From NCBI GenBank assembly GCA_965202585.1, contig OZ241827.1, positions 20,460,001-20,524,000 of the forward strand: DNA of 64,000 bases, read 5' to 3'. The notes under the pieces were generated by a model. That model was not told the origin of the DNA and searched no databases. It saw only the letters and a list, made by a program, of their open reading frames with translations. Of the stretch, positions 26,155 to 38,100 are shown piece by piece. Position 1 is the stretch's first letter, and the number at the start of each line of letters is the position of its first letter. The translations under genes and the position numbers were made by a program. The stretch comes from Thalia democratica (lineage: Eukaryota).

Positions 26155-29100
26155 ATGGGCAAAAAAGAAGATGGTTAGTTACTGTTTTTAATATTAAGGT
26201 TAATTTCTAAAACTCTGAACCAAATAAACAGACAACTCTTCGGTCGAAAAGAGAAGTATGGAAAGTATGGATATAGAAAGTAAGCTTTAATTTTTAATTT
26301 TTACATAAATAAGTTATTTTACTCTTTACGACCGTTAAAAAAGCTACTTATCTTTAAATTTTTCTATATTGGATTTAATTTATATAAAAAAATAACTAAG
26401 AACTTAAGTTTAACGTTTACCGTAGTTTTAATTTTCACAATTTAAGTTAGCTTTCGTTTGATATTATCAGTGAACTTTAATAAGAAATACTTTGATAGTA
26501 ATCCATTGTTTAAGGTCATACAATAATACTTTTTTATGAATATATTTAAAATTACTCAAAGCTTACCTGAAGTTTTACCCTAGTTTTGCTTTTATTTATT
26601 AGAAGCATTTATTTAGTATTTTGAAAGCTTAATTTAAATAGATAATACTATGATACTATAATTTCTAGATAAAGTAAACTTTACTTCTTGATCTTATATG
26701 TTTTTAAAGCTTCAGTTAATAAAGAGTTGTCTAAATATTTTATTTGAAAAAGCAAAGATTTAACAAATTGATTTATTTAACAGGCAAAAAGAAAAAAGAG
26801 GTAAGACCGTTCTTTTATTTTTTACGAACACTAATTGTCTAAGACTAAATGTAATATTTAATTAGTAAAAAACTCACAGCAAACTAAGAGCTTATTGCAC
26901 TAACTGACTTTCATAAAAAGTTTTATTCTTACGTTTTGACCAAAGAAGAAAAACGATATTGAAATAAACACTTTTTTTAAGTATTGTAACTTTGTATATC
27001 TAACAAAAAAGAGTCGTACGGTCGTACAACGTTTAAGAAAAAGACAGTTTAAAACATACAAGACTTAGTATGTTTGCCTATATCCTAGTTGGTTAAAATA
27101 TTTCAAAAGTTGACAAAGCGCGACAGTAAAATCAGTGGATTAAACAAAAAAAATGCGCTTAACGACCAGGTTCAGATGTTTTCAACAGGCATAGAAAAAA
27201 CAATTGCTTTTTAGAAATAAATTAGTCCTACTGTTTCGAAATATATCCTAAATTCAAAAGATAAACTCCTAAATTCCAACATGAAGTTTATAAAAAAAAA
27301 TTAAAAACAGTTTACAGAAGTTAAAAGTAAAAATACTTTGACATATAAAGATAAACTACAACTCTTAATAAAAGTAAAAAGTTTAATAATAGGAAACAAA
27401 TTTTCTTTACCTTCCCTTATTTCCGCATTACAATTTTAAATACTTGAAATTTCTTTTATTTGCTAATTCCATAGCTTTATATTGCAATTATGTACATATT
27501 TTTATTTATTTTTTAATAATTTAGTTTATAAAATAACTAATTAAGATCAAGTGTTAAATATAAAACCGGTAAAAAAGCTGCCTAACAAAAACTAAGAACT
27601 TTATTTACTATAAACATAAATACTTTACAATTTAGATAAGTATGTGTCTTAGTACATTTTAAATTTTGTATTACAATTTAGCTTCTATATATACTTTAAA
27701 ATAAAAATAGTATGTAAAAATTAAAAACGTGACATGATGCTTTTAAGCGGTTTTGTTAACATTTTACTTAGAAAACTTGATGTTTTTAATCTAGCTTTAA
27801 CAAAACTTGCTACAAAACGTATTGATAAACAAACAAAACTCTTCCTGTAAACATTATTGCGACCGACTTGTTTAACACTAAACCACTAGCTTTTACTGCC
27901 GACCGTTTAACACTTTTTCTGAAAAGCACTAAGCACCGCGTTAGCAACAAAGCATGTCACGTGACTTATCGCTTGAGTGATTTCAAGATTGCCCACGCGC
28001 TATGCCAGCACTTCATTCTTTCCGCTCTTGCACAACGTTTCAGCGTTTAAAAACTTTTGCGCGTTTTGTTTTCATATCATGAAACTCTCATGAAACTCTT
28101 GGTCGGCTCAAATGCAGCTGGAAAACTTGGAAGACAGGCCGCTGCTTGAAACGCCGAGGCGTGATAAAAGCAGAAAGCGCAGGAGCAAAAAGGTTTTGTT
28201 TGAGCAATAGAGGTTTTGTTTCGTGAAATTATTTTGTTTTTGTTTTGCAGGGGTTTCCACTGCAAGTTGGCTTCATTCTGGGAAATGAGTTTTGCGAAAG
28301 ATACTCGTACTATGGAATGAGAAGTTGGTTTAAAACTAAACAATAAGTTTTAGCTGTAAATTAAAATAAAATACTGCTGTTTTTTTTAACTGTTTGTTGT
28401 TTTTATTCACAAACTGAGTTTTGAAGGTTTTTTGAGTTAAAATACTAATTTTCAAGAGTAAATTAAACATCTTGAAACATTTCTTTAAACCTTTAGTGTA
28501 CAACAAAATATATTATTTAAACATCTTTAATAAAAACTTGTTTTGGTGTACTTATTTAGTATAACCTTAAAGTAAAAAAAAAAACTTTTAAACTTTGGTT
28601 GTTTATTGTTTAATATTTAAAACTTGAAAAAATCGTTTGAAATGTTTGTTAAGTTAAACTAAATATTTGTAAATAAACTGACATTTTAAGTCTGTTTGAA
28701 ACAGAAATAAAAACTTTGCAAATGACTTTTGTTTAACACAAATAATTTAATGTAATGTTTAATTCACCCACAAAAACATTATCAAGAATGGATTAAGAAT
28801 AAAAATATGATAACAGTTTTAAAATTACGCAGTTATTGTAAATAAAAAGCAGTTTGAAAGTTTTTTTAGTGTTCAGTCTGAACAAACACCGGATAAATGT
28901 TTTAAACGTTATTTTGTTACACATAGAACAATACTTAATACCTTTGTTGATGATTGATGGCTTTTTTCTCTGTACAGCTCAAAAATGTCTACTTGTATTT
29001 GTCAAAGTTTTCTTATAGTCACTGGTGTATAGTTTAATCTAAACAAAGTTTTCTGAAGACCTTTAACAGTGAAAAAACACTCAGCAATACTATTTTTACA

Positions 29101-32100
29101 TGAATCTTTGAATGAAATCACAACAATACTAATTATTTTTAGCATAACAGTTCTAAAACAAAGAGTTTATTAAAAAAAAAAATATTTTTCTAATTATTCA
29201 GTATTGTCGAAACTTTAATTTTTCAAGTGTAACTAAAAAAATTAAAACTCCGAATTAAGTATTCTACCAACATCCTCTCAACATTCAAAAGTGATGGTGT
29301 TTGAGCTTACCTAATTTTATCACAACTGTTTTGCTATATATAGTACAAATTTCAATAGATTTATTTATTTCCATAGCTGGTTTGCTATAGCTATTGACTG
29401 AACAATAAAAATAACTATTTTTTTAAGTCTTTATTTTATTAAACTTTAATTTTTTCAATCGTGTTTAACTATACCTAAACAATTTATGTTTAAAAGTTTA
29501 CCAACATCCTTTAAAAACTAATCGTTGTTCAAACTTACTAATTTTTTTCAAGACCGTTCTGATAGCAAAATATTCATTTCAATTTTTTCTGCAAAATGAA
29601 AAAAAATATTTTAAAAGCTGCTTTACTGTAACTGTCGACTAAATTGTTTTCTCAATTATTCAATTCAAACAGCCGTCCTCGTCTTGTACCTTTCGAGTGA
29701 TCTGATTGGCTGGGACGAGAACACCGCCACCGCCGTCTACCACGCCTTCACCGTCCTCGCCTACCTCTTTCCGCTGTTGGGCGCCATCATCGCCGATTCG
29801 TCGTGGGGTAAATACTGGTCGGTTGACTTTTGTTTAAATGATTTGTGGGTCTTCGTATTCGCAGTTAGTAAAATTGTTAATGAAAGAATTATTGTTTAGA
29901 TGGTAGAATTTAAGATAAAGTATTACTAGTATTACAAACTTTATTATTTATTGGTTATAAGCTTTTTAGTTGAAAACAGTCTAATTTCTATCTTTAAAAA
30001 TTTCGCTGAGATAATATGCTGGTAGTCTTGAAGAATCGGATAGTTTGTTATAGTTTGAAAATTAATAAAAAAAGGGTTGAAAAGTCATTGAAAAAAAACT
30101 GTTTCATCTCGTAAAATCAAATACTTGAAAGAAGATATTTCGTTTGTTAACATTTAAAAAATTCTTATTACAGTAGAATTCTAAATGAATTCTGATTTTA
30201 TAGTTTTTTGAACAAATAAATTTGGTTTGTTGTAAGATCTACTTATTAAAACCTAACCAACACATTAGGCTCTGAAGCTGTTGTAAAACTTTTTAACAGC
30301 AAAGTATTGAAAGATTAGCCTACGATTTAAAGTTAATAAGCAATATTATTTGTTTTGATTTTTTGAAAACAAATACAAAGATCTCAACTTCTAGAGGAGA
30401 ACTGATATAGTTTATTCTTTCAAGACTTTAATTAGCAAACTATGTATCCGTCAAAGACCTCGTCAGTACTTATATAAAATGTTAACCAAATAGAACAATA
30501 AGCAACACTTAACACTTATTTACAACCGTTTGGTTAACCCATCAAATAACACTTTTCGAAACTATTACAATTTACGTAACTGCTTTATAAATGTCATATA
30601 TTTCGGCAGGACTATATTCTGGCTGTCTATCGTGTACGCGATTGGTTCAGGCATAAACATGATGAGTGCAATCAAACCAATAGGAGGAGACAATCTTGTT
30701 GTGCACGCGTGAGTAAAGGAAAATATTTTTATTAAAACTTTGCTATTGATATACATTATTTTTTTGTCGATTCGAAAAATGAAGCGAAAAATGATACCTG
30801 TTAAACTTTACCTGTAAAAATCAAGTTATTTTAACTTTTTAAGCATTTTGAAAATAGATAGTTTAGCTTGTAAGTCTTTGTCCTAAATATAAACGTTAAT
30901 AACTATGAATGAACTTAAAATGAAAATTAATTTAAAAAGTGCGCTGGCCTCGGTGGGGTTGTTTGTAATTGCGTTTGGAACGGGAGGAATTAAACCGTGC
31001 GTGTCCGCGTTCGGTGGTGATCAGTTCTCTGAAGATCAGGTAAGTAAAATATAATTGAGTAAAATGTGATAGTTTCAATTGTAAAACTTAAAATATTTGA
31101 GCTCAAACAAGCTCGAAAAGTTTTACCTGATAGTAAGATATTCGTGAAAAAACACCTGAAAAAATTTATTTTTTTACCGATTTTAAACTTTTTTCAAGCA
31201 CTAAAATTTAATTTATGTTTTAGTAAATTTTTAAAGTTTAGTTTTGACATGTTTTGTAATAGTAAGTCGTTTGAAATTTAATTATTTTCTTAGGATGACT
31301 ATAGAAAAAGTTTCTTTTCTCTCTTCTATTTTGCCATCAACGCCGGAAGTTTGGTTTCCACTTTTGTTTCGCCTCTAATCAGATGTAAGTTACAATACAA
31401 GTTATATATTGTAATAATAGTATTATATATAACCAACTAATCTTAAAAAAACAGTTATTAGTACCTTGTAAATGTTTTTAAATGCAAGGCTACAAGCTGC
31501 AAATTATAAAAAAATCTAAAGTGTAGTATAAAAAGAAAACATTTTTTCAGCAGTAATGACTTTTGTACATTGTAAAATGTTCCTAAATTATAAAACCACC
31601 ATATTTTAGTAAATATAGAAGAAATAAATTTTTCAAAAACATTCTTAAACACTTAAACACATTTTACGAAATAAGGATGACTTTATTTACAGATAAATTT
31701 CTTTGTAATCATTTTTATTTTTTAACTTAAGTTCTAGAACAAGTAGCTTTATTTAACATAAACTGTTTTATTATACTTTTTTTTGTATTTACCAAACATT
31801 ATTTATTCCAAAATATGCCAAAACAAACTAACAACTTTTACTTAACGTTTTACTAGCATCCTTTGAAAAACAAATATTCTTTAAATTGGCACAACTTTAT
31901 CACAGCTGTACAAACTACTTTTATTTTATACAGTGCTGTACTTATTTTCTTGTCTTACTTTAAAATTAGCTGAAACGCAACTTTTAGGATTAAACATTTC
32001 ATTTTACAGCCGAGGTTTCTTGCTTCGGTGATGAGTGCTATGCCCTTGCATTCGGTATTCCCACAGCTCTGATGGTTGTTGCTATTTGTAAGTTTTAACA

Positions 32101-35100
32101 ATTACATGTTTTTTGATCTGTCTTATTCGGTTTAACTTATTCATCTTTGTTTTAAATTGAATGTAACCAAAAACTATCAAACAAATTTTAATGTATAACA
32201 ACTGCCTGCAACTAAAAAGCTACTGAGCTGCTAAGGCGTCTAACAATTTAATCTTAATAACTTGCTGTAACGTTTACAACCAATTTACTTCGCACAGTGC
32301 TGTTTGCTATTGGCACGCCTTACTACAAGAGAGTTGAGCCTGAAGGAAACGTTTTCGTGGAAGTGTCAAGAGTCATTGGGGTTTGTTAATACAAAAACGC
32401 ATTTGATGTTGATATGTTAAACAAAAAATCGGCTGTAAACAGTCAAAAATGCTAACTTTTAAAACATATCATACTAAAACAAGATACCTAAAAATCATCT
32501 TGTTGTATATTTTCACAGTTTCTAACCTTGATAATTTGAATACATGTATTTTTATCAGTACGCACTGAAAGTGAGAGGAAAAGTTCCTTCCAAAGAAAGA
32601 AATAAGGAGCATTGGCTCGATTATGCCGAGGATGGTACTAGAGAAAGAGTAAGTTGATAATAGCATAAATTTAAAAAAATTCAACTTAGCAAGTTTCTTA
32701 TCAAAACTGGCCTGTATCTAACAATTTGATATTTTTAACTTTTTGCTAAAACTTGTTTAAGTTGTTAAGATTTGAGTAAGAAAAAATCAACAAGCTAAAT
32801 TCTTCTTAAATTAAGTAAAAATCCCAAATAGCATAAGTACAAAACGTAACGGCAATAAAATTTGTAAAGGCTATTAAAGTTCAGCTTCAGTTTTGCTTAA
32901 AATCCCTTACTAATGTGCTTGATATTAAGTTTTACTCATTCTTCTTTGTATTCAATCTTATCAACAGTTATTTCTACGAAAACCCTTTTTTACTGTTTCG
33001 ACTACGATTTTAGCTTTGGCTTAAGTTTATGATAACTACTGATTACCAACAAAACTTGATGGTTTCTTAACTCCTCCTTTTTTTCGATCTTTATCAAAAT
33101 CGAACAAAGTTACGGCTTGGGTTTACTCTAACGTTTTCGACAGGACCAGATCATCAGGGACATCAAGTACGTGTTCAACGTGCTCGTCATCTACATCCCC
33201 CTCCCCCTCTTCTGGTCTCTGTTCGACCAGCAGGGATCCAGGTGGACCCTGCAGGCCGTCAGGATGAACGGAGTCATTGTGAGTGAGCAGTGTTTTAATT
33301 GTTGTTGAAATGATAAGCTGGATGTAAGTACTTAAAGAGAGTTTTTAAACACAGTTTGGCTGGTTTCCTTAAAACAAAATTGAGAAAGCTGTGAATGCTT
33401 TTCGTTTCAGGATAAGCTGAAACATTTTATCACTATATTATTTTTTGGGCAAATATTAAAAATTGACTTAACTTGACTAAAATACTTTTTATTTTAACGA
33501 ACTAGTGTCATTAACTTTAAAGAAGTAAATACATTTTTAAAAAACAACCAAAAAGTGTTCACTCACCTTATTTAGCTCTTATATGTTCGAATTTTCTTAA
33601 TTGTTATATAAAACAAAATTATAATTTGAAATTTTATGCAGCGGGTTCGTGCGCATAGTTTATTCATTGATTAGCTAGAAAATCATAACCTGAAAAAAAC
33701 GCTTTTCTTATCAAGTCAAACGAATCAAGACGTACTAACATCCTAATTAAAAGGTCAGAAAACAAATATTTACCAACAGGGAGACGTGTTGATCCTTCCC
33801 GATCAAATCCAACTTTGCAACCCTCTGATGATCATTGCGCTCATTCCCCTGTTCGAAGTCACTCTCTACCGGTGGCTCCGCGCCAAAAACATCAACTTCT
33901 CGTAAATATGTTTTTATTTGTTTTCAAAATTTTTTTGTGATATTCAAATTTTGTTTTTGTCTTAGATGGTTTCGAGTTTGTCTGTTTCGTTTAAACTTTT
34001 AGCTGTTTTCCTGCAAAACGTACGTATTTCAAACTTTGTACAGTCATATTTTGCAACTTCATAAGAACATTTTAACAGACCACTGAAAAGAATGGGACTT
34101 GGCATGTGGCTGGCCGGTTTAGCTTTTGTCGTGGCTGCCATCATACAAACAATGATCAACGTAAGTTTTTGTATTTATAAATATGTGAAAGCTTTATCGC
34201 ACTAAAACTAAGATTTTTTTAAAGAGTTTAGACTTCATAATGAATATGCAATAATGCGCAGTTATGGTATTTTGATACAAGCAAAATTGTACGGGAAAAA
34301 GTTATTCAAAATACTAGACTGTTTTGAAAAATTGCTACAGTTGTTTTAATCATTAAGTTTGAACTAATAATATATGTACAAAATTAAAAACAGTATAAGG
34401 CAAACGTATCAGACGTTTGACACATCATTAAGATTGGCTAATAGATCTCAATAGTCTATTGAGAAAATGCAGTGATCATTCTCTTATTTTAAAGATGTCT
34501 GAGTTCGTAACAAAATTGACTTTTTTCATATGAAAAACATACAACTGATTAACACCCACCTTATTTTCACAACAACGCCGTTTGTCTTTTTCAAAACTAT
34601 CAAATTCGCATCATCTTCAAAAGATCAGCGCCATTTTTTCCAAGTACAAAACTCAATTCAAATATTTTCGTTCAGGAAAACCTGACGCTGACGCCGAGGA
34701 AGGGAGAAACCACGTTGAGAGTTCTGAACGGAGTCGACCTTAATTGCAACCTGAAAATGGGGGGAAGCATCTACAACTGGAACACTGAGATGCCCATGGT
34801 CATGTTCATGAAGGTTAGTTGTCACTTGCACTAGTTTTGAAGTGTGAGGTTTTATAACATGCTAATAGTAAACTTACACGTGTGAGCTATTTGTTTTTCA
34901 AAAGCTGTTTGAGTAAAAAGTTGGGTTCAACAATTTTTTTGTTATGTTAGCTTAATTTTTTTAAACTGTTTTGACAAGCAGGCTGTAAAGTCTTCAAAAT
35001 GTTATGTTTTGAAATGCTGCTTTTTAGTTTATTATAAAAACTGTCTATGACTTTACTGGCTTAAAAATTTAAAGTCGGTTACAATCAACACCATAGACAA

Positions 35101-38100
35101 ATTAACTTTTCAGTTATTTACAGCAAACAAACTTAGATAAAACAAATAGGCGTCCAATACCACTGAAGATATGATAGATGAAGGAAGATACACAATAGAA
35201 GCGTCGTGCCCCGGCTACACAACATTCGAAGCAGAAATCGACTTGCTCGGTGAGAAAGCATACGATGCCGTCATGTATAGAGACGGAAGCAGCATAGCAG
35301 GAAAAGTGGTAAGCTATTTTATTACAATTTTATGACAGCACTGTGTAGTTTTTCAAAAGGGTAACTAGTATTTTTTTTCTTTTAGCTGCTAGTTTCGTGC
35401 ATTTTGTTGTCATTTACAAGTGTCGAAACATTTAAAAATACGCCTAATTTTGTATTTTCCGCATATTTATAAGTTCGGTTATGAAAACGCTTATTATGGT
35501 ACACTGGAATGAAATTTTATAGCTAGAAAGCTAGTTTTGATGAAAGTAACACATAATTACTTAAAGTTTATTTAAATTAAAAAAAACACAAGTCTTTTAA
35601 AACTGGTGTGGTTTTCTACTTTATACTTACTAAAGACCGACTTTTATAGATTTTGTTTAATAACTGAACACTAAAATACGGTTGAAGTTAATAAATCCTA
35701 ATACTCCTATAAACTGTAACAGGATTATACGTAGTTTTTTATGAGGTATAAACTATTTTTTAGTCTTAATCAACTTAAACTACTTTTTAATAAGTCGATC
35801 AAGTTATTATTATAAAAAAAAATATTTTTTAAGTTTTTAAAACACGTTAAGTTTCTATATCATTTCGTGAAATAAATAATAACCGTAATAGTTAGTCGTA
35901 AATTAGTGTTTTAAATCTGTTGTATATAGTAAAATGATAAATTAAACTTTACAGTAGTCTGTTTACCAGAATAAAAAAATATTTACTTGAAAAGTTCTGC
36001 AAAGTATTCAAAAGTATACTAGTTTATACTTTTTTTTACTTATGGTGCTAACAATTTTTTAATTATGAAGACTTTTTGTTTAGGTTGAACGTAATGTGAA
36101 AAAGTCGCAAAGTGGAAACGCAATTTTCAGGTAACAAGATTTTTCTATTAATAAGCATCTATAAATTTACAGGCAAAGTTTAACCTCAAACTTCTTAACT
36201 TTTGTAGATTCATAGTCGTAACATGAATATGAAAGAACTTAAAAAGTTAAAATAAATTCATTATTGAAAAAATAATTTTATGAAAACTAACACAAAAAAT
36301 TCTTCAATTAAAAGAAAAACTAATTTATTTTCAGTGTAGCGAATGCGTACAACGAAAATATAGAAGTTTCGATGGTCATCAAAGGAAAGAATGACGTGAA
36401 AATGGATTTGATGCCGGGAATGAAGTACGAATTCGAAGAACTCAAACAAACCGATGGACCGTTAGTTGATTGTTTTTAGTCAATGAACAAGAACTTTTAT
36501 AGCCTATATCTTACTTTTAATCAAAAAATATTGAATTTTTAGTCGCAAAACGTGTTTTATAACTTAAAATTTTTACTTATATTAAAATTGATGTAGATGA
36601 TAATTATATTTAATAAAATTGGTTAAAAATGATCTAAATATATGTTTCGACGAATAACAATAATAGTATTTATCCTCCAACTATTAAGGCTTAAAATGTA
36701 ATAGTACGAAAAACAACCTAACTTTTTCTCTAATATACAAGTTTTCTATAACTTCAGGATTTAATGAAAATTTACATAAAACATTGTTTAAAAAATGCTA
36801 ATATTTTAAATAAGATAAGTATACGTTAAAACTAGTTATTTGTATAGTTTACATATTAAAATAAGCAAAAAAAAGTCTATAGCTTTTTTAAATGAAGTAC
36901 ATGTGTTTCGATTTCAACCAAACCACTAACAGCTTATTTACTTTAGATAAGAGCTTAAGAGTTGTTTAGATAAATTCAAACTATTATTTCAATTTAAAGT
37001 ATTTTTTTCTGTAACTTAATTATTGTATTAGGTTCACACTGAACGTGAAAGCAGGAAGTGATGAATATACAGATGAAATAAATCCGTTGACCGGTGCTGA
37101 CTACACTTACCTAGTGGCACCCGGAGAAGTTAGTTTTGATTTTTAACTACAGTTTGTTTATGTGTTAAAAACTTAGTTGATGTTTTAATATTTGCTGAGG
37201 TTTGTAAAAATTTTATTCAAGTGCAATAAGTGTTGCGTTAAAGGTAACGTCATATAGTAAAAATGTAAATATATATTTTAATATTAAGTTTTGTTTATCT
37301 AAAAAAAGAAACTAATGCGTTAAAAAGTTCAAGTTTTATTAATCATGATCCAAAAAAAAAAGCATTTTGAGTAGTGTCCATCGTAAAAAAATAAGTTTGA
37401 ATCTTTTTAAATTTTTAATCTTCAAAACATAGTTTTTATGAAAGTTGCCTTATAATCAATTCTGAAAACTATTAGCAAATAGTTTATTTTTGTTGAAAAA
37501 TTATAAAGTTATGATAACCAACATAATGTTTATGTACGAAAGAAAAGATATTTTTTCTTTAGTTGTTTTATTATTAATCAAACTTTTATTACTACAAATT
37601 TTTATAGAATCACGAAAACTTCAAAGACATTTACGAAAATGACATAAGTATATTTTGGATGGTGCCCCAGTATTTCATTATCACTTTAGGGGAAGTTTTT
37701 CTGAGCGTTACCGGTCTCGAATTTGCTTATTCACAAGTAAGTTTTTTAAAATACTTTACATAAAGAAAACACACTGTGTATTGTTTTAATTGCATGTATA
37801 ATGATTTAAATTCATTATCAAGTCTGATTCTAAACTCTAGTTAATAAAAATAAAAACTGAAATATATATTTAAAAACTGTTTTTAAAACATAAATACTGA
37901 TTCACCTAAAACTGCAAGACTTTAAACCTAAATAGTATATACATTTATAACTTTATAAGTCATTGTTCAATTTAGTAACAAACTTAAACTGTTATTCCGT
38001 TTTAAATTAACTTTTGTTTCTTAAAAAAAAATCAAAAAGCAATCCCCTAAAACATTCAACACGTACAATATAATACTTATTATATTCATTCCCAACTTTT

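Noticed and set aside
27868-28343. ORF-track entries 27868-28050 (+) and 28077-28343 (-)
   Set aside because: They are by-products of the GC-rich promoter island and the antisense strand of real SLC15 exons.
33305-33425. Possible intronic C/D snoRNA (atgataa…ctga with a short terminal stem)
   Set aside because: The C box is imperfect and there is no recognisable rRNA or snRNA antisense element. It would need snoscan or Infernal support.
31066-36449. Short ORFs overlapping SLC15 introns or antisense to its exons (31066, 31458, 32469, 33962, 36261)
   Set aside because: They are low-complexity F/K/I-rich intronic ORFs or shadows of real exons.
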